Origin: Octopus bimaculoides
Lineage: Eukaryota
Assembly: GCF_001194135.2 (NCBI RefSeq)
Contig: NC_069000.1
Coordinates: 10,238,413-10,283,147 of the forward strand
DNA length: 44,735 nucleotides
Reading direction: 5' to 3'
The notes below the pieces were generated by a model. The model had not been told where the DNA came from and searched no databases. It worked only from the letters and a program-made list of their open reading frames with translations. Below are positions 1 to 12,915 of this stretch, piece by piece. Both the position numbers and the translations under genes were made by a program. Every line of letters starts with the position of its first letter. Position 1 is the first letter of the stretch.

Positions 1-253
1 CCCACCCACCTACCCATTGCTGTATCTAGCAGAATGAACGAGAAGAACTTGAATTGGTAAGCTGCTAGTTAATAATTTTCTTCATTTTACTAACCAGCCA
101 ACCAACCAACCAACCAACTAATCTGTATACAGCTTCATATTTTGTAAACAAGTCATCACCATGATCCAAACAACTAACTGACTGCTCCACTGCTGTATTT
201 TCTTTGGCAATGACAATGACAAAGAACTGTCTGTGCATTTTTCAGCAGGCTTA

Positions 254-330
254 CCAACAACTCCACCGATTCCTTGTTTGTTGTGAGAATTGCAAGCAAA
301 GTTTTCAAAAGACGAAAACAAGTAAATTTC
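254..330 (-). CDS. Weak candidate internal exon (EIYLFSSFENFACNSHNKQGIGGVV or KFTCFRLLKTLLAILTTNKESVELL)
   Basis: Minus strand aaacag| ... ttg|gtaagc; two frames open; no family recognised. Confidence 0.15.
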
Positions 331-540
331 ACTGTTTATAGGTAGAACACTCCTATATATATATATATATATGAGATAACACGAAGATATTCAAAGCAAT
401 TAAATAAAAAAAAAGAAAATCCAATAAACCATATTAGAAATTTATCTCTGATTTGCTTCAGGCAAAAGTTGAAGTAATTATTTGAAAGAAAAAAAAAAAA
501 GAAATAATAATAATAATAATAATAATGATAATAATAATAA

Positions 541-930
541 TTTAACATCTGTTGTCCATGCTGGCACGGGTTGGACGGCTTAACAGGGCTGGCACGCTGG
601 AAGGCTGCACCAGACTCCAGTCTGATTTGGCATGGTTTTCAATGGCTGGATGCCTTTCCTAATGCCAACCACTCTGAGAGTGTAGTGGGTGCTTTTACGT
701 GCCATCGACATGGGTGCCATTTGTGTAACACCGGGGTGTGTTTACGTGCCACTGGTACAGGTGCCAATTTGCATGACATCGGTTATTTGCCATGACTGCA
801 ATTTTGCTCGGTTTGATGGGTTTTCTTCCCAAGCACAACATAATGCCAAAGGTCTTGGTCATTGGCTCCGTGAGGCCCAACACTTGATAGGAACTCAGCC
901 ACTTTGCCTCCGTGAGGCCCAACACTCGAA
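541..930 (-). mobile_element. RTE-type LINE 3' end (family C): ORF2 C-terminus plus 3' UTR, ending at a (TTA)n tract
   Basis: Minus strand reads LGLTEPMT then, frameshifted, QDLWHYVVLGKKTHQ, like the RTE ORF2 C-terminus. Shared UTR motif gctggatgcc(c/t)ttcctaatgccaaccactc recurs at 17385. Internal duplication ctccgtgaggcccaacact at ~867 and ~909. Confidence 0.75.
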
Positions 931-1265
931 AATAATGATAATTATAATGATAATAATAATTAAACAACTATGACGATTTAAAGTGGGAAATGCGAAGGTT
1001 GTGGTTAATGAAGAGAGTAGTTGTCATAGCAATAGTAATTGGTGCACTTGGAAGTATCAGCACTCAACTACCAACATGGCTGAAAAAGATCAATGCAAGT
1101 GTGAAGGTAGAACACATACAAAAATCAAAAATCAGAATTGCTTGGAACTGAAAGATTTCTTTGCAGGGTTCTTTTAATTTTTTCTTAATACTAACGCACT
1201 AGAAGCTATGCTCTCATTTTATGATAGAAAACCCTCCTGCTTTTTTTTTTTTTAAGTATCTATAT

Positions 1266-1449
1266 TTAACCCTTTAGCATTCAAATTGTTCTGTCAAATG
1301 TAATGTTAATTTATTCTCATCGTTTTGAGTTAATTATGCATTATCTTGTAGCTTTAAGATTTTGATGGAGTGATTGTTCATTTTTAGAATGGCATTGTAC
1401 AGTAGGTGTGCAAGGCCAGATCTGGCTGGTTTAAATGCTAAACAGTTAA
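1266..1449. mobile_element. piggyBac-like MITE (TTAA-CCCTTTAGCATT family)
   Basis: TTAA|CCCTTTAGCATT ... AATGCTAAACAG|TTAA; body matches copies at 13738, 33898, 35950 and 44060. Confidence 0.7.
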
Positions 1450-1509
1450 ACCAAAACCTTCCAGTCTTATGTTACACTCTTTTTATTAACAGATAAATCT
1501 GAATGCTAA

Positions 1510-1676
1510 AGCTTATTCCTATTGTTTTCAATTAATCACGCATCATCTCATAGCTTTGATGATGTGATTGTTTATTTTTGGAATGACTTTCAAGTAGGTG
1601 TGGGAGGTCAGATCTGGCTGGTTTGAACATGAAACAGAATATTTTCATTAGATTTGGCTGGTTTAAATACAAAGTT
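1510..1676. mobile_element. Second, partial copy of the same MITE family
   Basis: Shares aattaatcacgcatcatctcatagcttt, gtaggtgtgggaggtcagatctggctggttt with 1266-1449. Confidence 0.6.
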
Positions 1677-2323
1677 ATTTTACAAATACAAGCTTAATAA
1701 GAAAACAACTTATTTGACGAACATTTCTTGAAGATCTTGATTATTTTCAAATTATGTAACGTTTCACATAAGAAATTAGGTCAAAAAAGGGTTAAATCTA
1801 GACAAAGATTTAGATGTTACTTGGTTTATTCATAATCAATGAAGCCTTTTGGAAATAAAACTTGGGGAGTGGGGTATATACAAAAATGAAATGATGGGGA
1901 AGTGGGATATTTTTGTCTTCTCTTTTCTGAAAGGCAGTTCAGAGATTCTGTACTTGCAAGTTCAGAAGTCAAACCGTCAAAGAAAGCAAGCTGAAGTATA
2001 ATGTATTCAGTACTGTATTCTATTGTCTTCAGACCCAAAATGGTGAGATGTTCTTAAAAAAAAAAAATAAATAAATAGAAGGAAGCAATGGAAAAAAGAA
2101 ACTGCCATTGGATAATTTCTGCAATCTCTTGGACAATGAGAACATTTATTTCTGTTCTCTTGAAACTACATAAAAGAAGTTTTATATTAAAAATAAGATA
2201 AAGAAAAGGTCTCATAGGAATTGTGGCAATCAGCAATCTTTCTTTACACTATTATATAACCGAAGGGTCATGTATTGTAAGAGTCATGTATCATTGAATA
2301 GGGTTATGTATCGACCTTTCATT

Positions 2324-2559
2324 TTAACCCTTTCAATGCTAATCATTGTGATATTGCCTCTGATTCCACTATACAAAACCTTTCCTTTTAAATTGCTGAT
2401 ATTTGAATTAAATCTTTAATTGCATATATGAACCTCTTTGTCAAACTATGATCCAAACACCAGTTTTATAAATAGTCTCAATATCTAGATTATTTTCAAA
2501 ATTAAGGGAAACATACATACAATTTCATTTCATTGGCTATGTGGTGGCAAAAGGGTTAA
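2324..2559. mobile_element. piggyBac-like MITE, different body
   Basis: TTAA|CCCTTT ... AAAGGG|TTAA termini. Confidence 0.5.
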
Positions 2560-3204
2560 ACCATAGGAAGTTTATGTCTCTAGCAGCAAACCAGAGGGAT
2601 GTCTCTTCCAGCAGAGAGTTGTAAAATGATCTGAAAACCTTAACATGATATTTAATGGTCTACATACGGTGTTGAGGTCAAATTTCCACATATGGAAATG
2701 AACGAAAGAATAAAGAATGAGTGAATGAATACAATCGGAAAAGTGACAGCTTATTCTGGATATATTGCATAAGTTAAGCCAAGATATTGTTTCTTGGATC
2801 CTGTTTATGATAAATTATTGGAAATTTTTACAGCAGCATTATACTCTCATTAAAAAGCCAACAATAAACTGACAGGAGATCATATTATATATATATATAT
2901 ACACTGTTAGATAAAGAGATTGAAATGAGTTATGTGCCTTGTTCAGCAATACACTACAATGACAGTGACACGAATAAATAGATAAATCTATCTCTCCCAC
3001 TGTTTTTTACATTCAGTTGTCCCAGTTACTTAACCATTGTGCTAGATAAATTAATAATTTTTTTAAAAACTACATCAAGCACTAAAGTATCAGTAGTAAG
3101 GACTGCTTAATTATAAAAAACATGATCGGTTAATTAAAAAAGAGACTGTGTCACCCAATCAGTAACTACTAAAAATGGTCACAGCTCTCATGTATATTAA
3201 CTGG

Positions 3205-3450
3205 TTGGTGACCAGCAGGAAGATGAAGTGGCTTGAACCTGTGAAGAGGATGGATCCTTTCCTATCTGTCCACACTAGAGTCTCCAGTGGTCTTTGCAGT
3301 GTTCCAGAATGACAGGGCAACCGAAGAAGAAATGACTTGCAGGAGTCAAAAGAAAACCTTGCAAGTAATGGCATGAGCTGGGATGAGGCTTCAGACCTGG
3401 CACTTGACAGATATGACTAGAAAGCTCTGGTAGCCTATTGCTTTTTGAAC
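3205..3450 (+). mobile_element. Degenerate RTE-clade LINE ORF2 3' end
   Basis: With frameshifts and W-to-stop changes reads RKMKWLEPVKRMD ... GQPKKK*LAGVK ... ENLASNGMSWDEASDLALDRYD*KALVAYC, matching the RTE pattern RLRWLGHVxRM...GRPK.TW...A.DR..WR.LV. Confidence 0.75.
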
Positions 3451-3857
3451 TGAGGACCTCACTAACCAAATAACAAACACAGATTGATTGATGATGGTGA
3501 TGGTAATTGTAGCAATATCACAGCACAATGAAAAACAATAAAACACATAATTAATAGAAAAAACACATAGACCAGTCATTCCTAAAAGTGTGCCACAAAA
3601 GAGTACATAAATACGTCGTACTAGAAGGCCCAAAATTTCAGAGATAGAGGTCCTCATGTGATTATGTTGTTCTTAGCACTAAGCTGCTATTTTTTTTTCT
3701 CACCACTTTGAATGATAAATGGCAAAAATGTCAGTGGGGTTTAGGGATGTAACAAAAGCATTTTGTTCAGCACTCTACTCATTCTTCCACTTCAATACAC
3801 AACTAACATATAAACCAATATAATAATGACCATGATGTTGGTATATATATCTATATA

Positions 3858-4178
3858 TATATATAAATATATATAATTTAGAGAAAAGAACCACAACGCT
3901 TGAACTCATCCATGAAAATCCACAGCCACATATAGAATAATTTAATAAGTAAATACACTAAAAAGATATATAATAAAAATACAAAGTAATAAATATTAAA
4001 ATAATAAAATAATAAAATAATATAATTTTATTATTCTATTATTTTAATATTTATTAATTTGTATTTTTATTATATATCTTTTTGGTGTATTATTAATTTT
4101 TTCTATATGTGACTGTGGATTTTCATGGATGAGTTCAAGAATTGTGGTTCATTTCTCTAAATTATATATTTATATATT
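3858..4178. mobile_element. Foldback (palindromic) element or MITE, ~160-bp arms, ~6-nt loop at 4019-4024
   Basis: Left arm atttagagaaaagaaccacaacgcttgaactcatccatgaaaatccacagccacatatag...; right arm is its reverse complement with a few substitutions and indels; both ends in TA runs. Confidence 0.85.
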
Positions 4179-4271
4179 ATATATTGTGAAACTTAATTTA
4201 ATTTTAATTTTGATAAATTAAATTAAATTGAGTTTTTACCTGTAAATTTGGATTTTTATCCCTAATATTAT

Positions 4272-4274
<3 letters not shown>

Positions 4275-4331
<57 letters not shown>

Positions 4332-4403
4332 TATAAAGACACACACATACAGAAAGAGAGATAGATATACAGATACATAGAGAAATAGAAAATGCCTCTG
4401 TAG

Positions 4404-4444
<41 letters not shown>

Positions 4445-4445
4445 A
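4275..4445. repeat. (TA)n and (TG)n microsatellites
   Basis: Direct reading. Confidence 0.95.
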
Positions 4446-4551
4446 TATGCGCATGTGCAGTTACCATCATCATTTACTTTTGAAAATCATGTAACAGTAA
4501 ACAAATTTTTTTATAAGAATTCAAGTGCATTTTCGACTTCGTTTCTTTATA

Positions 4552-4604
4552 NNNNNNNNNNNNNNNNNNNNNNNNNNNNNNNNNNNNNNNNNNNNNNNNN
4601 NNNN
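4552..4604. other. Assembly gap (N). Further gaps: 5592-5815, 6921-7231, 8800-8870, 12100-12311, 13055-13064, 15725-15967, 19897-20292, 37375-37832
   Basis: Runs of n, mostly abutting simple or tandem repeats. Confidence 0.99.
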
Positions 4605-5572
4605 CATGTGTTTCTATTTGTGCGAGAAAAAGAAAAAAGTTTTTGTTTCCCCTCTCTATGTTTGTGTGTGTGTGTAAAGAGGTAACAAAAAAAAAAAAAA
4701 ATAAAGAAAACAAACAAAAGGAAGAGAAGAAATAGATAGGAAAAGTTACGTTAGAAGTGCTGAAAGCTTCTGAAGGAAAACTTTATTAGTTTCCTACTTA
4801 TTTTTGACACAAGTTAGATATGACCAACCCTAAACACCCAAGTTGGTGGATGCAACCCTTTATATTACAACTCCCACACAATTTTTGTAATCACTAAGTT
4901 TAAGCTTCTCCCTAATTCCTTAAAGCTCCAATTAACATCAACAACTAAAACAAACATTTCTTCACACAAGTATTTTTTCTTCTCCCCACATGTTAGTCAG
5001 TATCAAATTCATTATGTTCTTTTTAGAGTTGGTAAAAACCATTAACAAGGATTTCTTATAATTAAGCAACACAACATACAGCTTTAAAGTACAGAAAAAA
5101 CATAAAAGAAAAAGTGGCTGTGTTGCTGCTGCTAAGTGTGAACACTGTTGATTTGGTCATGCATTGGTTGAGCTTGCTTAATAGCAGAATGAAGCAGACA
5201 GCGATAAAGAAGAGAGGAAAATGGTAAAAATGAGAACCTGTGACAACTGTTACTGCAGATAGATTAGAGTTGTTCATTATAACAGATATATGATAAAAGA
5301 AATTTATTTATCAAATACATAATACATACATATTTAATCCATAACCATGAGCTTATATTTTGTTGGGCTGATGAAAATACCATACCAGTTTCAACAACTT
5401 TTGATTTTTCTATGGTAAATATAAAACAAAAAAAAACAAGATACAAGTTTAAAAGAGAATTGAATTTTCATCATGTAATTTGGCTATGAAACCTATTGAA
5501 CATTTGATTGTTTTAGATTCATTACTATGGAGCTTTCTACTGTGAATTCTCTTTCTTTTAAACTTTTATCTT

Positions 5573-5815
5573 TATATATATATATATATATNNNNNNNNN
5601 NNNNNNNNNNNNNNNNNNNNNNNNNNNNNNNNNNNNNNNNNNNNNNNNNNNNNNNNNNNNNNNNNNNNNNNNNNNNNNNNNNNNNNNNNNNNNNNNNNNN
5701 NNNNNNNNNNNNNNNNNNNNNNNNNNNNNNNNNNNNNNNNNNNNNNNNNNNNNNNNNNNNNNNNNNNNNNNNNNNNNNNNNNNNNNNNNNNNNNNNNNNN
5801 NNNNNNNNNNNNNNN

Positions 5816-5888
<73 letters not shown>
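5573..5888. repeat. (TA)n/(CA)n compound microsatellite spanning a gap
   Basis: Direct reading. Confidence 0.95.
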
Positions 5889-5891
<3 letters not shown>

Positions 5892-6371
5892 TGTTCAAGT
5901 AAAATGTTTTTCAAAAAAGCTGAATTGATTCCACTGCAGTCAAAAATGTCAAATATAAGCGCCGTTACTAATGCCATCTACAGAAAGAAATATGTGATGA
6001 TTAGCTGTCAAAGAATTTGAGAAGTTACAAAAATGGACAGATAACAGAAATAATTTCTTGTTAACCCTTTTCTAACTGTATTTCTTCAAATAACTGCTTG
6101 TGTGTTCCAATTAATTTTCAAAATATTCACAAATTTGTTGGAAATACTAAAATAGCATTTTTATTTGCATACAATGCACATTATTTCCTTCAGATCTCCG
6201 AACCTTAAAACTAGGAATGTGCAAATACACTCACTGATATAACTATTACTGAGAGAGGGATAGAGAGGGTAGGAGGCCATGGTTGAAATGCTTCTGATCA
6301 AAGGTTTACTTGGTTAGAGCTAACTTGGTGCTAAATAGCAACATCACATTCAGGAAACTAATGAAGTATAC

Positions 6372-6590
6372 ATCATCATCATCATCTTAATGTCTACTTT
6401 CCTATGCTTACATAGGTCAGGCGGAGTTTATTGAGGCAGATTTTCAACCGACAGATGCCCATCATATTGCCAACTCTCACCAGTTTCCAAGCGAAGGTAA
6501 TATTTCCCCAATGACCAGATATGTTCTCGCAGAGTGTTGGAAGTGAATGACACTGCTTGTATAACAGGGACAATCATTGACAAGGAGACA
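6372..6590 (-). mobile_element. Retroposon 3' end (family D) with (GAT)n tail related to the family C tail
   Basis: (cat)n followed by taatgtctactttcctatgct...gtttccaagcgaaggtaatattt; matches 11545-11765. Confidence 0.65.
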
Positions 6591-6624
6591 CAAACATGCA
6601 TACACACACTCACACACCTACATT

Positions 6625-6772
6625 TAGTTTCTGCTAACCAAATCCACTCACAAGGCTTTGGTCAACCTGCGGCTATATAATAGAAGACACCTTGTCCTGG
6701 TTGGCACACAATAGCATGGAACCCAGAACCATGCAGTTGGAAAGCAAACTTTTTAACCACACAGCCACACAT
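6625..6772 (-). mobile_element. tRNA-headed SINE family A, 5' part
   Basis: Reverse complement of the family A head: ggctgtgtggttaa...gggttcca...cttctattatatagccgcagg...aaagccttgtgagtggatttgg. Confidence 0.75.
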
Positions 6773-6795
6773 CATCATGTAATATCCGTTGTCTA

Positions 6796-7348
6796 TGCTG
6801 GCATGGGTTAGATGGCTTGACCAGTGCTGGCATGGGTTAGATGGCTTGACCAGTGCTGGCATGGGTTAGATGGCTTGACCAGTGCTGGCATGGGTTAGAT
6901 GGCTTGACCAGTGCTGGCAANNNNNNNNNNNNNNNNNNNNNNNNNNNNNNNNNNNNNNNNNNNNNNNNNNNNNNNNNNNNNNNNNNNNNNNNNNNNNNNN
7001 NNNNNNNNNNNNNNNNNNNNNNNNNNNNNNNNNNNNNNNNNNNNNNNNNNNNNNNNNNNNNNNNNNNNNNNNNNNNNNNNNNNNNNNNNNNNNNNNNNNN
7101 NNNNNNNNNNNNNNNNNNNNNNNNNNNNNNNNNNNNNNNNNNNNNNNNNNNNNNNNNNNNNNNNNNNNNNNNNNNNNNNNNNNNNNNNNNNNNNNNNNNN
7201 NNNNNNNNNNNNNNNNNNNNNNNNNNNNNNNATGCTGGCATGGGTTAGATGGCTTGACCAGTGCTGGCATGGGTTAGATGGCTTGACCAGTGCTGGCATG
7301 GGTTAGATGGCTTGACCAGTGCTGGCATGGGTTAGATGGCTTGACCAG
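6796..7348. repeat. 29-bp tandem repeat TGCTGGCATGGGTTAGATGGCTTGACCAG, four identical copies on each side of a gap
   Basis: Units at 6796, 6825, 6854, 6883 and 7233, 7262, 7291, 7320. Confidence 0.95.
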
Positions 7349-7457
7349 TGCTGGCAAGCTGGAAGTTTCTATGGCAGGATGCCCTTCCTAATGTCAACCA
7401 CTTCACAAAGTGTGTCAGGTGTTTTTACATGGCACTGCACAGGCATTTTGATGTGAT

Positions 7458-7535
7458 GCCACATGTGTGCTTTTACATGAAGCCACATGTGTGCTTTTAC
7501 ATGAAGCCACATTGGTGCTTTTATGTGGAACCATG
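7458..7535. repeat. 24-bp tandem repeat GCCACATGTGTGCTTTTACATGAA, two exact copies plus degenerate ones
   Basis: Direct reading. Confidence 0.85.
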
Positions 7536-8554
7536 CTGGTGCTACACCACCAAAGTGACTGATCTTAACACTTCTGCTGCAGAGATCGAGTTTCTTTGAG
7601 TACAGCAAAGTGCCAGGCATCTCGGTCCTTTGTCACCTTGCCCCACATTAATAATAAAACTTGATTGCCGTAATATATAATTGCCAATGATTCGATACAT
7701 CTCCTATGTCCAAATAACAGTAATTTATAGATGTTAAGTCCACTATCGACTTCTAGCCTTTTCTTTGCTACACCAAGAAAATCCTGCACTTAACACTGCA
7801 TTCAACTACGAAGAATACCAATCGACAAAACGGATTTAAAAAGACACAATTTTTCTTTTCTTCTGAACATCCTGGCTTATTATACATACTAATACTTTTA
7901 ACATTTACATTATGTAAATCAACAAATTAGATTCATTTTCTCTTTAAATGACAATTACAAGAACAGTCTTAACTTCAACTTCTGGTGCCATTCACCATTA
8001 AATTTATTCCTGAGATATTGCACATTCTGCCTGAAGACTAGGACTTTTTTTTTTAAGTATTCTGCGTGGGGAACAGAGTTGGCCTGTGAAGGCCATAAAT
8101 ACTACTTTCTTCAAACCAAATATTTGGGGTGGGTGAGGATGAAAACAAAAACAAAAACTTGATTCCTCTAAGTAGCAAGAAATTTAGTAGTTCCAAAATG
8201 TGTATATTACATGAGAGAAAAGGGAATATACAAACAGGTTTTGCTTGCACTTCCTATCACATCTGTATATAATTTTATGATAGATTTGAATAGGTTTCAT
8301 GTTGAAATAGCTACAACAACTCCTCTCGCTTACAATATTTTATATTCTATCAAAAAAATTAAATTAAAAAAAGAAAACGAAAAAAATAAGGCTTTATTAA
8401 ACCTCATTACCATTATGTTAAGTGAATGTCTGGAGATGAATTAGGAGATATTCTTACCAAGAATAAAAGTGGGTATCAAAAAAAAAAAAAAATGCCTTCA
8501 ATGATGAAACATCACCACCACCACCACTGCTAATAATGACAATAATAATAATCC

Positions 8555-8765
8555 TTTCTTCTATAGGAACAAGGCCTTAAATTTAAGGGTAGGAGTTAAA
8601 CTGATTATATCGACCCCAGAACTTAACTGGTACTTATTTTATTGACCCTGAAAAGATAAAAGACAAAGTCAACATTGACGGAATTTGAACCCAAAACGCA
8701 AAAACAGGTTAAATGCTGCTAAGCATTTTGCCTGGCATGCTAATGATTCTGCCAGCTCACTACCT
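8555..8765 (-). mobile_element. tRNA-headed SINE family B
   Basis: Matches the well-preserved copy at 21776-22010; B-box as reverse complement ggaatttgaacc. Confidence 0.8.
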
Positions 8766-9911
8766 CAACAACAACAACAAAAGAAGAAGGAGGAGGAGGN
8801 NNNNNNNNNNNNNNNNNNNNNNNNNNNNNNNNNNNNNNNNNNNNNNNNNNNNNNNNNNNNNNNNNNNNNNCAAAGTCAACACTTTTGATGGGGTGTGATC
8901 TGAACTTAGGATGCAAACGGCCATGATTAAGTGCCAGAAAACATTTTGTCTGCTGCTCTTTATAAATTTCCCCGAGGATGTGAATTTGCAACCCCAGTAT
9001 ATTACCAGTACTGATTTTTCACCCCCCCACCCAACAAAAGATGGTGAAAGTCAGCTCAAACAAGATTTGAATCCCAAAACCAATATAGATGTTTTAGAAG
9101 TAGAATATCAATGAAGTTGTCTTAAAATTCAGATTTTTATGTGTATTTCATCACAGCAATCTCCAAAATGTTCCCCATATTTAGATTCAACTCTTGCAGA
9201 AGATTTCCAATTCGTAAAGACATTTTATTTTTTGAGTATCAAAGAATATAGTGCGGAAACATCAATTAGCAAAAACTATTCATGGATCTCAAAGAATTTG
9301 ATCAGTCCAAATAATAATAATAATAATAATAATGATGATGATGATAAACCATTTAAAACAGATCCTTGTATATTTTGAAGGAAGAGTAACAGTCACTGCA
9401 TTGCAGATATAAACTAATGGACATTTTGTTACAATCATTCTTACCAGGAATCGTTAAATTCCAAAGGCCCTTGTGCCAGCAATGACGAACTGACATTATT
9501 GTTTGAATACAAATCTTAGCTATTTTCCCCCCTTTTTTTTTTCACTTTTCGCTTTTTTCATTTTTTTTTTTTTTGCAGTTGTAATCTTACGAAAGCAAAA
9601 TAAATAAACGAAATAAACAAAAAGGAATAAAGCAATAAAAAACAAAACAAAACAAAACAAAACAGAGATAACGTTTGGTGCATGATTTTTTTTACAAGCA
9701 GAATTAAATGAGGTATTTTATTCCTGCCAAAGTATTGAGCAAAAGTGTCGGGCTATTAAGATCACCTATTTCCCATTCATTCTGGCACTACAACACTAGT
9801 ACTTCAATTATTTGATACTCAATTTATAACAAACGAACACTTAATCTTGAGACATTAAAACCAGGGACATCACCATGACTATCTCACCTCACAACACCAC
9901 ACAAATACGCA

Positions 9912-9947
<36 letters not shown>

Positions 9948-9951
<4 letters not shown>

Positions 9952-10130
9952 TCTTACTGTAGGTACAATGCCTGAAATTTGAGAGTGGGGACTGGGCTAA
10001 GTCAATTACATCGACCCCAGTGTTTCACTGATACTTAATTTATCAACCCTGAAAAAATGAAAGGCGACCTTGAAACACAAGGATGGACAAAATGCTGCTG
10101 ACATGCTAACAATTCTGCCAGCTTTGCCTT
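9948..10130 (-). mobile_element. SINE family B
   Basis: attacatcgaccccagtg...ctgatacttaatttatcaaccctgaaa...ctaacaattctgccagct. Confidence 0.8.
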
Positions 10131-10146
10131 AATATTGATGATGGTG

Positions 10147-10178
<32 letters not shown>

Positions 10179-10199
10179 GATGATGATGATAATAATAAT

Positions 10200-10338
10200 G
10201 GTTTCAAATTTTGACACAGGGCCAGCAATTTTGGGAGAAGGGATAGGTTGACTACATTGGCTCCAGTGCATAACTGGTACTTATTTCATCAACCCCAAAA
10301 GGATGAATTTGAGTTCAAATTCTTCCAGCTCACTGCTT
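10200..10338 (-). mobile_element. SINE family B (partial)
   Basis: ccagtgcataactggtacttatttcatcaaccccaaaaggatg. Confidence 0.7.
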
Positions 10339-10396
10339 TAATAATGATAATAATAATAATAATAATAATCTGTTGTGTATAATAATAGTAATAATG

Positions 10397-10456
<60 letters not shown>
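10338..10456. repeat. (TAA)n microsatellite
   Basis: Direct reading. Confidence 0.95.
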
Positions 10457-11063
10457 TAATCTTTCCATGAAGGAACAAATAAGTGGGAAAGAAATAATAG
10501 CATTGAGGGTAATGTTTTGTAACAAGTTCTGCAAGTTCTAAGTTGTCTTCAGATTTTTATTTGCAAATACAAATTTAGTGGTGGTTTGCAGCAATATTGC
10601 CTTAAATGTATTTCAACTAGATAGCAATAATGCACATCTCTTAAACAAGCTTCCAGGGCAATTTTAGCTAGAATTGGTGAATGTCTGAGAGAGATGTTGA
10701 GGGTTGTAGAAGTTAGTTTGCATTCACCTTCCCTGGCTAGTAAATAATAAAAATTCTACTGGTCGGCTTTAGAATATTTAGTGACAGGAAATAAACAAAC
10801 ACAGCTTTGGAACATTGCTTCGCATTGAAAGTGCATAGTGGTGAAATAGCAAAACAAACAAACAAACAAACAAAAAAATAGGTAAGGGAGATAAGTGAAT
10901 ATATCACTTCCACCGTTTCCTGCTGACACAAATTCGCTTATACTAGTTGTGTCTTAGAGGAAAAGCATAAATACTACATTATCTCATTTCCCTGTTTCCG
11001 CCCTAAGATTTACAACCTCCGTGCCAACTCAAAAATAAATAAATAAATAAATATAATAAACAA

Positions 11064-11099
<36 letters not shown>

Positions 11100-11544
11100 C
11101 CCATCTCTATCACCCATTCTATCTGTGGAGCTATGTATTAATGTTGTTAATATTAAAACATTTTCTAGACTGCTCCAAAAGAAAACGAAAAAGAATGGGA
11201 AACAAAACTAAACAAACTAAAAGTAACGATGCAAATTAACCGATACCTGACCTGTCTGAGACTGCTTCTGGTTTGGTTCTATGATACAAAAAACATCTCA
11301 TTTTAAAGTATTCATATTTAAATTAAAACCTGAAGTTGTGATTCTACGTTAAGAATTTTTCACTAAGTTATGTTTCAAACACCAACTTCAATGATGTTTT
11401 TCTTTTTTCCTTTTTTAAAGACAAAATCTCTGAAAATTCTTGCCTATATTTTCATAATTAACTGATACACATCTGCAATGTATTTCATTAGAGCTATGGC
11501 TACAAAAGAGATAGAAGAGGAAGACGAGGGGGAGGAGGAAGAAG

Positions 11545-11765
11545 ATGATCATTCGACATCCACTTTTCTATGCATGCATAGGTCAAACGGAATTGGTTGA
11601 GGTGGATTTAACTACAGCTTGATGCCCTTTTTTGGCACAAATTCCGCCACCTTGTTTCCAAGCGAGGTAATATTTTCCTGGAAGACTGGAAGGAATGAAC
11701 TACCTTACTTGTATAATGACGATGCTCATTTACAACCATCACACGATGTCTAGACAAGACAAGAC
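11545..11765 (-). mobile_element. Family D retroposon 3' end
   Basis: Matches 6372-6590 (ccacttttctatgcatgcataggtcaaacgg...ttgtttccaagcgaggtaatattt). Confidence 0.65.
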
Positions 11766-11939
11766 ATGATGAAGTGTTGATGATGACGATGACGACGATG
11801 AGATGAAGCACTTTGCTGAAGAATACAACTCACCACCTCGTCTACAAATTGAAACCACAATCTCGTGATCTTATGATGGTGAGTGCAATACCATGACCAT
11901 TAGACCATGCACCCTCACACCATATATATATATATATAT

Positions 11940-12085
11940 ATATCATTATCATCATTTAATGTATATTGTTCATGCTAGCATGGGTTGGAAAATTTGGCCA
12001 GAGCTGGCAAGCAGGAGAATTGCACCAGACCATAGTCTGATTTTGGTGTGGTTTCAACAGCTGGATACCCTCCCTAAGGCCAAAC
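11940..12085 (-). mobile_element. Family C LINE 3' end
   Basis: (cat)n tttaatgt...catgctagcatgggttgg...gcaccagac...tctgattt...agctggatacc. Confidence 0.7.
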
Positions 12086-12875
12086 ATTTTATATATATAN
12101 NNNNNNNNNNNNNNNNNNNNNNNNNNNNNNNNNNNNNNNNNNNNNNNNNNNNNNNNNNNNNNNNNNNNNNNNNNNNNNNNNNNNNNNNNNNNNNNNNNNN
12201 NNNNNNNNNNNNNNNNNNNNNNNNNNNNNNNNNNNNNNNNNNNNNNNNNNNNNNNNNNNNNNNNNNNNNNNNNNNNNNNNNNNNNNNNNNNNNNNNNNNN
12301 NNNNNNNNNNNTAATTATATATATTTGAGACAACACTAGAGTACCATAACGTATCCATTCCAATTCAACATTCTCCTCTTGTTACATCATATTTTTCACC
12401 TGAATTTCTACAATGAATGAATCAATTTTATTGCAAGTGGCTTTGACAGGTGAAAGCGAGGAGGGGGGGACGTAGAAAGGGGGTACGGTGGTGGTGGTGG
12501 TGGTAGGGGTGGTGGGCTACTATCTCTGCATTGTGATTAACATTTGTTGTGATGTTAAGAGTCTGAGGACAAGAGAATTCTTTGCAGCATATAAACGAAA
12601 TAAACAAAGCAAGCAGCAAGCGAAACATATTTTAGAAGTGTAATCCTTTATAGCAGTGGTGGATTTTGGACATGTATGGTAGAGAGTGGGGGAGGGAGAG
12701 AGAGAGGTGGTGGGAGCATTTGTATTTGTGTGTGTGTGTGTGCTAAGATTGAAATAAGTGATATAACTATGATTCATAGGCTATGCAATACAAATCAAAG
12801 AAAAGTTAGTTTTGGATAAGATAAGACAATGAATAGGAAGTAAAAGCATCCTGGTTATTTAGGAGACGTGGACAT

Positions 12876-12915
<40 letters not shown>

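Larger units (their letters stand above)
6775..7640 (-). mobile_element. Family C LINE 3' end carrying internal tandem arrays
   Basis: Tail motif gtctatgctggcatgggtt, then ggatgcccttcctaatgtcaaccact at ~7377, as in 541-930. Confidence 0.7.

Noticed and set aside
6796-7348. 29-bp repeats as a CRISPR array
   Set aside because: Units are contiguous with no spacers, derive from a LINE tail, and the DNA is eukaryotic with no cas genes
7565-10760. Short open frames at 7640-7783, 9446-9490 and 10560-10740, plus 2560-2633, 33082-33280 and 35060-35230 outside this span, as further exons
   Set aside because: Each lacks one convincing splice site or any recognisable homology; cannot be supported without RNA-seq or BLAST
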